Virus record (IMG/VR): IMGVR_UViG_3300043409_000785
Coordinates: 1 to 64,000 of that record
Strand: one strand, 5' to 3'
Length of the DNA: 64,000 nt
Origin: a virus
Shown here: in pieces, positions 8,436-15,119 of the stretch
Numbering within the stretch: the first letter of the stretch is position 1
How the letters are laid out: each line of letters begins with the position of its first letter
Made by a program: the position numbers and the translations under genes
The notes under the pieces: generated by a model
Database searches by the model: none
Seen by the model: the letters and a program-made list of their open reading frames with translations, nothing else
Told to the model about the DNA's origin: nothing

Positions 8436-9647
8436 ATGCAGAAGTTTCAAACATTCACCGCTCGTCAATATTTGATGATCGACATCGCCAACAACTTTGG
8501 CCTCGACAAAAAGAACTGGGATGACCGTCTTGCTTGGTTCAAAGAGAATGAGCACTGCCTCATGGATCTGGTCAAGCAAGCTGAGACACCAGCTCTGTAC
8601 TACGCAGGTGTCAAAGCCTGGGAAGCTGTGCAGCGTGGTGAGCCTATCGGTTACCTCATCTCACTCGACGCAACTGCGAGTGGTTTTCAGTGCTTAGCTG
8701 CCTTGACGGGTGATCATAGTGCAGCTCAACTGTGCAACGTGGTGGACACTGGCAAACGTGAAGATGCCTACACCGTGGTGTACAACTTCATGATGTCTGT
8801 TTTGGGTGAAGACTCCAAGATTGACCGTGCTGACACCAAACAGGCCATCATGACTGCGCTCTACGGCAGCAAGGCTCAGCCCAAGAAAGTCTTTGGCACT
8901 GGCAAGCTGCTCAAGACCTTTTACGCTGTGATGAATCATTTGGCTCCTGCTGCTTGGAAGCTCAACGAGGCTTTCTTGGCTATGTGGAATCCACAGGCAC
9001 TCATTAACAGCTGGGTACTTCCTGACAACTTCCATGTTCATGTGAAGGTCATGAACCAGGAAGAGGAAACAGTCCATTTTCTGAACAAGCCCTACACCAC
9101 GTTCAGGACGGTCAATGCTCCAAAAGAGGATGGCCGCAGTTTGGGAGCAAATTGCATACATTCGGCTGATGCGCTTATCGTTCGTGAGATTGCAAGACGT
9201 TGTGATCACGATCCTGCTCAGGTTCAGTACCTCTATGAAGTGCTAGAAACCTATTCCGAGCATCCTGCTGAGGAAGACAACATCTCCCTCAAGATGGTGG
9301 AAACCCTCTGGCAGCACTACCTTGATTCAGGCTATCTTTCAGCCCGGATCATGGACTATTTGCATGCCGATACGGTGCATCTGGTGGACCGTGAGGTGGT
9401 CAAGGAACTGCTGGATTCGCTGCCCAAGAAGCCTTTCAAGGTGCTGTCAATTCACGACTGCTGGAGGTGCCTTCCAGCCTACGGTAATGACATTCGCTGG
9501 CAGTACAACAATCAATTGATGTTGATTGCCAAGAGCAACCTGCTGCAGTTCCTGCTGTCCCAGATCATGGGCAAGGAGATCAAGATCACTAAACAAGATC
9601 CTGATCTTTGGAAGAGCATCATGGAATCGAACTACAGCTTGAGCTGA
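8436..9647 (+). CDS. N4-type RNA polymerase II subunit 2 (gp16-like)
   Basis: LDATASGFQ (motif A), RADTKQAIMTALYGS (motif B), LSIHDCW (motif C). Confidence 0.93.
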   Translation: MQKFQTFTARQYLMIDIANNFGLDKKNWDDRLAWFKENEHCLMDLVKQAETPALYYAGVKAWEAVQRGEPIGYLISLDATASGFQCLAALTGDHSAAQLCNVVDTGKREDAYTVVYNFMMSVLGEDSKIDRADTKQAIMTALYGSKAQPKKVFGTGKLLKTFYAVMNHLAPAAWKLNEAFLAMWNPQALINSWVLPDNFHVHVKVMNQEEETVHFLNKPYTTFRTVNAPKEDGRSLGANCIHSADALIVREIARRCDHDPAQVQYLYEVLETYSEHPAEEDNISLKMVETLWQHYLDSGYLSARIMDYLHADTVHLVDREVVKELLDSLPKKPFKVLSIHDCWRCLPAYGNDIRWQYNNQLMLIAKSNLLQFLLSQIMGKEIKITKQDPDLWKSIMESNYSLS

Positions 9648-9649
9648 TC

Positions 9650-9689
9650 AAATACTGGAATCTCCGAAAGGTGGTTCCAGTATTTTTTT
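9650..9689 (+). terminator. Intrinsic terminator
   Basis: AAATACTGGAATC...GAAA...GGTTCCAGTATTTTTTT. Confidence 0.7.
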
Positions 9690-9848
9690 GGTTCCTACAT
9701 ATATATGGCAGATTTTTTGAGAAAAACTTCAATGAATTCAACAACTTAGCTGCTGCGAAAGGACGTAAAAAAACCTACTCCCCTGCAAGGAAATAGGTTT
9801 TTTTACTAACTATGGTATGCTGTAGGTTCCTCAACGAAAGCAACCAAT

Positions 9849-10253
9849 ATGGGTATTCTACTAGCAGCTTACGACTCAAGCAAAACTGAAGTCACGTTCG
9901 GCAAAAAAAGATTCAACGTGCCCTTCTACTCACCACTACAAACAAGGAACAAGTGCATGACTGACGCAAGAAAAGTCCTACAGACGCTTACCAAAACAGA
10001 GTCTTGGTTCTTTTGGGAAATGGATATATCCAAGGATACGGAAACAAATGAAGTAATGTTTTCTAGGAGTAATTGCCCAGAAGAGAATAAAACCACCTAC
10101 CCAACTATTATTAAAAATCTGGTTGACAAAGGTATGATTTTGCGAATCAAGCAAAACCATTACCTGATAAACCCCAACGTGACGATGCCCAAGTTTGATT
10201 CGTATGCCAAAGTGTTGGCCAAATGGCATAGCTTAGGTGGCTTGCCGCTGTAG
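9849..10253 (+). CDS. RepL-like winged-helix DNA-binding protein
   Basis: IIKNLVDKGMILRIKQNHYLINP winged-helix wing motif. Confidence 0.55.
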   Translation: MGILLAAYDSSKTEVTFGKKRFNVPFYSPLQTRNKCMTDARKVLQTLTKTESWFFWEMDISKDTETNEVMFSRSNCPEENKTTYPTIIKNLVDKGMILRIKQNHYLINPNVTMPKFDSYAKVLAKWHSLGGLPL

Positions 10254-10298
10254 TGGCATAGCTATTCTTTCTTTGGTTCTAAAAACTAGGAGTGACTT

Positions 10299-10631
10299 AT
10301 AACAAATGATCGTATTAAAGAATTGGCACTGGCCAATGGATTCAAGCTTGTAAATCAAGGCATGGCAGGTATTGACCTGGAGCCTCCTGTTTATGCCTTT
10401 GCAAATGCTTTGCTTGCAGAGCACAAAAGCTGGCAACCACTGACAAGCAAAATGCTTGAGCAGTTTGAGCTGGAAGGCTCTGGTGAGTGCTTCCTTATTG
10501 ATGATGATGATGGATTCAAACTGGTAGGTGTCTATGAGTGGCGTCAAGGCAGGAACCCACATGGATTTTCTGACAGTGATGGTCGATGGTATTCAGCAAG
10601 CGACTTCACCAAGATCATGATCAATCCTTGA
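10299..10631 (+). CDS. Hypothetical protein, apparent ATA start
   Basis: AGGAG at 10288-10292, 6 nt before ATA; frame reads ITNDRIKELALANGFKL. Confidence 0.5.
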   Translation: MTNDRIKELALANGFKLVNQGMAGIDLEPPVYAFANALLAEHKSWQPLTSKMLEQFELEGSGECFLIDDDDGFKLVGVYEWRQGRNPHGFSDSDGRWYSASDFTKIMINP

Positions 10632-10702
10632 TTTCTTTACTTGGTTCACTAATCTTTTCTTGGGTTGGTAAACCCATTCAACAATTTTTAGGAGCATCCC
10701 TC

Positions 10703-11116
10703 ATGGGCCTCGATCAGTACGCCTACCGCATCAAAGCTGGCATTCTCAACGATAACGATCAAATTGATCTGTGTAGCAATCTTTTCCATGATGGAAACCC
10801 ACTGCCAGGGGTTGACACAAAATTTGCCTACTGGCGCAAGTTCAACGCCTTGCACGGCTGGATGGAACAGCTCTACCGTAGCAAGGGTGGCACCAAAGAA
10901 TTCAACTGCACCACAGTACGTTTGATACCAGATGACATTGCTCGCCTAGAGTCGATGGCTTTGGCTAAAGCTCTAGTACCTGTAGCTGGATTCTTCTTTG
11001 GAGATAGCGAGTCTCCCTTCAGCGATGAAGACAAGGATGAAGTGCTTGAGTTTGTTTCAAAAGCCAAAGAAGCTCTGGCTTCTGGTGATGCTGTTGCGTA
11101 TGACAGCTGGTGGTAG
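10703..11116 (+). CDS. Conserved phage protein (MGLDQY...YWRK...YDSWW type)
   Basis: AGGAG RBS; characteristic terminal motifs. Confidence 0.7.
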   Translation: MGLDQYAYRIKAGILNDNDQIDLCSNLFHDGNPLPGVDTKFAYWRKFNALHGWMEQLYRSKGGTKEFNCTTVRLIPDDIARLESMALAKALVPVAGFFFGDSESPFSDEDKDEVLEFVSKAKEALASGDAVAYDSWW

Positions 11117-11149
11117 GCTCAGCCTTTCTTGGGTTGAGTAAACTATAAA

Positions 11150-11425
11150 GCCTGCCTGAAATGGCAGGCCCATCATTGAATGACATTGAGTAGGTTGCCA
11201 CAACAACCTAACTACTTGTGGGTATGCCGGAGCTGAGGCTGCGGTCAGTGTTATTCAATGATGGTGAATGTGGGATGCTGACCCACAACGAGTGTCGGTA
11301 AATCCCCATCCGATTCGATAGGATATGACTCAAGGTGTGTGAAATAGCGGGTTGTCTCAGGACAGCAATAGGCTTTCACTGCAAACGTAAGGACACCATG
11401 CAAGGATCAGCTCTCGCCACCATCA
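11150..11425 (+). ncRNA. Candidate structured ncRNA unit 1
   Basis: 7-bp hairpin 11150-11169; 20-bp stem 11170-11189/11245-11264 with two G:U; internal H-type pseudoknot; second domain closed by TGATGGTG/CACCATCA. Confidence 0.6.
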
Positions 11426-11453
11426 CCTATTGTTAATAACTAAGGAACCAAAG

Positions 11454-11726
11454 ATGAACCGAGAAAAGAATGAGCAGTCTGTGATGATGTCTGCTTTTGC
11501 TCTGTGCCCAACTGAGCAAAGTCATCCTCAAAAAATGAAGTGGATCGGTGACTACTTTCTCAAGCACTACGTCCCGTGGGTGCCCAAGTACGCTCAGCTT
11601 TCCCAAGAGGAATGTGATCGTCTGCAGTACGATCAAGGTGGTTGGACACGTAAGTTCCGTGAGGCTCACAAGCTAGGCTGGGATGCAGCAAGGAAAGCTC
11701 ATGAAACTGATCTGCCCAAACTGTGA
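11454..11726 (+). CDS. Hypothetical protein
   Basis: AAGGA RBS; 90 aa. Confidence 0.6.
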   Translation: MNREKNEQSVMMSAFALCPTEQSHPQKMKWIGDYFLKHYVPWVPKYAQLSQEECDRLQYDQGGWTRKFREAHKLGWDAARKAHETDLPKL

Positions 11727-11898
11727 GACAGAAGGTAGCCTGTCTGTGATAGAAACCAGACAGTCTGCCAAGCTCATCTACCGTACAAGGAGATGTGAAT
11801 CCTGTAAGTGGAAGTTCACTACCCACGAAACTTTTGCTGAAGATGAGACTATCCCCAACAATATCCGTAGAAATTACAGCAAAGAGTTGGAAAGCTAG
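11701..11898 (+). CDS. NrdR-N-terminal-like zinc-ribbon protein
   Basis: CPNC...VIETR...RTRRCESCKWKFTTHE. Confidence 0.7.
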   Translation: MKLICPNCETEGSLSVIETRQSAKLIYRTRRCESCKWKFTTHETFAEDETIPNNIRRNYSKELES

Positions 11899-11933
11899 TG
11901 TAGAATTAAGTTAGTGGTAGCCCAGAGATGGGG

Positions 11934-12034
11934 CTATCCTAGAAGCAGGTTGTAACTCAGTTGGTAGAGTAGAGTCCACCGAACACCGATCTTTTGTCGC
12001 TGGTTCGAGTCCAGCCAGCCTGCTTCTAGGATAG
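11934..12034 (+). ncRNA. tRNA-like RNA with 19-bp extended acceptor stem and enlarged anticodon loop (unit 2)
   Basis: D arm ACTC-AGTTGGTA-GAGT, T arm GCTGG-TTCGAGT-CCAGC, stem 11934-11952/12016-12034, no CCA. Confidence 0.7.
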
Positions 12035-12109
12035 TGTGATGTAGCTCAGTGGTAGAGCAGAGAACTCATAATTCTTTGGTCCTTGGTTCAAATCCAAGCT
12101 TCACAACCA
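12035..12109 (+). tRNA. tRNA-Met/Ile2 (CAT)
   Basis: Cloverleaf; anticodon arm GAGAA-CTCATAA-TTCTT; T loop TTCAAAT; encoded CCA. Confidence 0.9.
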
Positions 12110-12216
12110 GTATGCGGTGCGGTTCATGGTGTTGCTTGTAAAGCTGCATCTCGTGGGTGTTAAAACCATGAACCAAATAGCCCATAGCCTAGGGGCTTTA
12201 TAAATTAGGTTGACTT

Positions 12217-12505
12217 TGCTGGTGGGAAAGAAACCAGCACTATCAAGAGAGTAGATCAGAGTGGCAGGTTAACTGCAACCTTGTCAAACAATTGCCAAGT
12301 GAAGACGTAATAGCTTGGCATGGATTTGGTGTTCAACAGGAGCATGGACTAGCTATCCTACGCAAAGGTTGAACCACAGCAGCAAATCGCTGGATAGTAT
12401 TGATCTACTCCCTTGATGGTGTAACGTAATTTGCGTACTAGCTCCGAAGTACAAGGAATCAAGCTAGGGTGCTTGAGGCTCAAAAGGCATGATCGGCCCC
12501 ATCAA
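12217..12505 (+). ncRNA. Candidate structured ncRNA unit 3
   Basis: Hairpin TGCTGGT/ACCAGCA; 21-bp stem 12238-12258/12401-12421; several internal hairpins; second domain closed by TTGATGG/CCATCAA. Confidence 0.6.
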
Positions 12506-12520
12506 CTACCAATGGCGCTT

Positions 12521-12699
12521 TGCTGGTTTAGCGTCGATACAAATCAAACCAGTACCATCAAGTAAGAATCAAGGAGTCCGTTAATCACGGAAACAGGAGC
12601 AATGACTTAGTATCTTCTTCCTTGGTTCTTTCTTGATGGTTAAGCATATACGGGCTTCATGCTCTGTATGTCGGGTTGGGAGTTCCTAGCCGCCATCAA
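12521..12699 (+). ncRNA. Candidate structured ncRNA unit 4
   Basis: Hairpin TGCTGGTTT/AAACCAGTA; 23-bp stem 12554-12576/12618-12640; second three-way domain closed by TTGATGGT/GCCATCAA. Confidence 0.6.
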
Positions 12700-12707
12700 C
12701 TTTTAAT

Positions 12708-12783
12708 GCGGGCTTGGCCGAATCAGGTTAGGCGGTAGCTGTTATGGTTACAGATGTGAGTTCAAATCTCATAGCCCGCTTCA
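12708..12783 (+). tRNA. Atypical tRNA with Gly-type body; central loop triplet TTA; ends TCA
   Basis: GCGGGCT/AGCCCGC acceptor, U73, anticodon arm GTAGC-TGTTATG-GTTAC, T arm GTGAG-TTCAAAT-CTCAT. Confidence 0.65.
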
Positions 12784-12790
12784 ATTTCAA

Positions 12791-12865
12791 GGGTGTATAT
12801 TTTAATTGGCAAAATGCTGATCTCCAAAATCAGTGATGGGAGTTTGAGTCTCGCTACACCCGCCA
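12791..12865 (+). tRNA. tRNA-Trp (CCA), slightly degenerate T arm
   Basis: GGGTGTA/TACACCC; CTGAT-CTCCAAA-ATCAG; T loop TTTGAGT; CCA end. Confidence 0.75.
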
Positions 12866-12872
12866 AGTATTT

Positions 12873-12948
12873 GCTGGTTTAGTTCAATTGGTAGAACGCC
12901 TGATTTGTATTCAGGATGTTGAGGGTTCGAGTCCTTTGACCAGCACCA
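12873..12948 (+). tRNA. tRNA-Thr (TGT)
   Basis: Cloverleaf; CCTGA-TTTGTAT-TCAGG; TTCGAGT; CCA end. Confidence 0.9.
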
Positions 12949-12956
12949 AGTTTATT

Positions 12957-13047
12957 GCGTCGTTAGCTTAATGGATAAAGCAGCAGCCTTCTAAGCTGTA
13001 AGTCAACGAAGACATTAATGTAGGTTCGAGTCCTACACGGTGCACCA
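12957..13047 (+). tRNA. tRNA-Arg (TCT) with long variable region
   Basis: GCAGC-CTTCTAA-GCTGT; 20-nt variable region; GTAGG-TTCGAGT-CCTAC; CCA end. Confidence 0.8.
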
Positions 13048-13123
13048 GAACTCTCCAGTGAGGGCTAAGGCCACGGCAGTAAGGCTACCATTTGAATGAG
13101 TATGGAAAATCTGTCCCAGTTTT

Positions 13124-13197
13124 GCAGGCTTGGCCGAATGGTTAGGTTCTGGATTTCCAATCCAGCTATGTGAGTTCAATTCTCACAGTCTGCTCCA
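13124..13197 (+). tRNA. tRNA-Gly (TCC)
   Basis: CTGGA-TTTCCAA-TCCAG; U73; CCA end. Confidence 0.88.
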
Positions 13198-13218
13198 TTA
13201 TGCTTTGCAGCAGCCTTT

Positions 13219-13257
13219 AACCCCGTATGTTCCTCTGGAGCTGCGGGGTTCTTTTTT
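13219..13257 (+). terminator. Terminator closing the tRNA cluster
   Basis: AACCCCGTA...TGCGGGGTT-CTTTTTT. Confidence 0.7.
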
Positions 13258-13507
13258 GAATCAAACAAAATAGGATAGCTTATATCTAAACGAGAATTCT
13301 TTGGTGAGTATTATTACCTCTGGGCAATTCAGCAATATGAAGCAGCCAGGGTATTTCTCAAAAACTGTGGCCGTCCACAAAACGACCACGATAGATTTCT
13401 GATTTCAGAAGCAAAGTGGTCTGCTTCATTTTTCAAACAAATATTGAACTAGGCTAACAAGCCTGTTCTTCTTTTCTTGGTTCAACAACCCTTTAACAAA
13501 ACAAATC

Positions 13508-14551
13508 ATGGCTGAAAATAATCTTTATCGCTGTACGCCCCGACAGGCTAAACGTTTCGTCATTGAAATACTGGAAGCAGGTCTGGTTCCGTATATTCAA
13601 TCTAGCCCCGGCATGGGTAAAAGCAGCATCGTTCGGGAAATTTCCGATGAAGCCCATACCTTTCTTTTGGATGAGCGCCTGAGTACACGGGAACCCGTGG
13701 ACATGTCGGGTTTTGCCATGGCTAACAAAGAGCGCACTCGTGCAAGCTACATTCCTTTGGAAGACTTTGTGCCCTTGGAAAATGAACCTATTCCCGATGG
13801 TTATGATGGTTGGTTGCTTTTTCTTGACGAGTTTAATGCTGCTCCTAGAACGGTACAGGCAGCGGCTTATAAGCTCATCCTGGATCGAATGATTGGACGG
13901 CACAAAATTCACCCCAACGTGGCTATAGTAGCTGCGGGTAATCTCGCCACTGATCGAGCGATTACCAACCCCATTTCCACGGCTATGCAAAGTCGCTTGG
14001 TGCATCTGGAGATGGAACTGAATTTCGATGAGTGGTTGTTCGATGTGGCAATTCCGCAAAACTACGACAGCCGCATCGTTGCTTACCTGAACCAGTACCC
14101 TAGCAAACTGATGGACTTTCGCCCAGACCATACGGAGAAGACATTCGCTTGTCCGAGGACGTGGGAGTTCCTGAACAAGCTCATCACTGGCAAGGAAGTC
14201 ACTGAAGACCGAGCTGCCATGTATGCTGGAACGATTACCTCCGGTGTGGCTGTGGACTTCATCCAGTTCACCAAGGTGTTCCACAACATGGTGTCCATCA
14301 AGGACATCCTGGCCAATCCCAAAACCTGCCATGTGCCACAAGACAACTCCACTCGCTGGGCCGTCATCACGCACATGATGGAGAAGATGACGGCTGACAA
14401 CTGGGGAGCCTTGATGGATTACTCCAGTCGCTTCAGTAGTGACCATCGAATTCTGTTTTTCCGGGCCTCTCTTAACAGGATGCCTGCATTGAGGCAGCAC
14501 CCTGCTTTCATCCAACATGCCCCTGAACTGGGTCGTTATTTACTCAGCTAA
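13508..14551 (+). CDS. MoxR-like AAA+ ATPase (N4 gp24-like)
   Basis: Walker A SSPGMGKS, Walker B LLFLDEFN, VAAGN, CPRTWE. Confidence 0.88.
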   Translation: MAENNLYRCTPRQAKRFVIEILEAGLVPYIQSSPGMGKSSIVREISDEAHTFLLDERLSTREPVDMSGFAMANKERTRASYIPLEDFVPLENEPIPDGYDGWLLFLDEFNAAPRTVQAAAYKLILDRMIGRHKIHPNVAIVAAGNLATDRAITNPISTAMQSRLVHLEMELNFDEWLFDVAIPQNYDSRIVAYLNQYPSKLMDFRPDHTEKTFACPRTWEFLNKLITGKEVTEDRAAMYAGTITSGVAVDFIQFTKVFHNMVSIKDILANPKTCHVPQDNSTRWAVITHMMEKMTADNWGALMDYSSRFSSDHRILFFRASLNRMPALRQHPAFIQHAPELGRYLLS

Positions 14552-14573
14552 ACCAAAGAAAGAAGAAACTGAA

Positions 14574-14669
14574 ATGCCAAAGAACTATATCGGTTTTGTG
14601 AACGACAACTCAGGCTCAATGTCCTCCCTGGCTGCTAAAGCCAACAAAGAACTTTTGACTGGGCAGTAA
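14574..14669 (+). pseudogene. 31-aa remnant of a vWA-domain protein
   Basis: MPKNYIGFVNDNSGSMSSLAAKA..., a beta1 plus DxSGS MIDAS motif, then stop. Confidence 0.5.
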
Positions 14670-14917
14670 TGCTGGTTTGCACCTACAGCATTCGGGATGA
14701 AAGTCCTAAAGTGAACTGCCAGATCCAAGGTAAAAGGAACTGGCTTGTTGAACTCTACATCACTGATGGCATCGAACGCATCACCAAGACACTTCGCAAC
14801 AAGGATAGGGCTTACCTGCCTGAGTTGCTGAGCACTTCTTTAAACGAATTAACCAGTATGTGGCCTGAGCTGGATCAGGTTACTGATGCCGGTTTCACTG
14901 TCAAACTTTTGAGGTAA
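14669..14917 (+). CDS. Hypothetical protein
   Basis: TAATG overlap; 82 aa. Confidence 0.55.
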   Translation: MLVCTYSIRDESPKVNCQIQGKRNWLVELYITDGIERITKTLRNKDRAYLPELLSTSLNELTSMWPELDQVTDAGFTVKLLR

Positions 14918-14922
14918 ACGGA

Positions 14923-15117
14923 ATGGAATTACAAGAGTTGAGCCAAGACAAGAATCTCACCGCTGCCCAATTGCGGGTGAAATACAAATACTACTGTGAT
15001 GGTGAACATCACACTTTCACCAAAGCAGATTGGCGCGATTGTGTCTTGGAACATAAGACACTCTTAGGCTACTGGGACTGGGTGGGAACTTCCATCCATG
15101 CCGCACTGAAAGGCTAA
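14923..15117 (+). CDS. Hypothetical protein
   Basis: GAGG RBS; ADWRDCV...TLLGYWDWV motif. Confidence 0.65.
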   Translation: MELQELSQDKNLTAAQLRVKYKYYCDGEHHTFTKADWRDCVLEHKTLLGYWDWVGTSIHAALKG

Positions 15118-15119
15118 TC

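Noticed and set aside
11150-12699. CRISPR array or functional retron
   Set aside because: Units lack identical direct repeats and uniform spacers. No cas or reverse transcriptase gene is in the window; the PD-(D/E)XK nuclease is a core N4 replication gene.
13048-13123. tRNA-sized spacer between tRNA-Arg and tRNA-Gly as another RNA gene
   Set aside because: Only short weak hairpins; no acceptor stem or T loop recognisable.
13493-14518. 341-aa minus-strand ORF
   Set aside because: Antisense shadow of the AAA ATPase.
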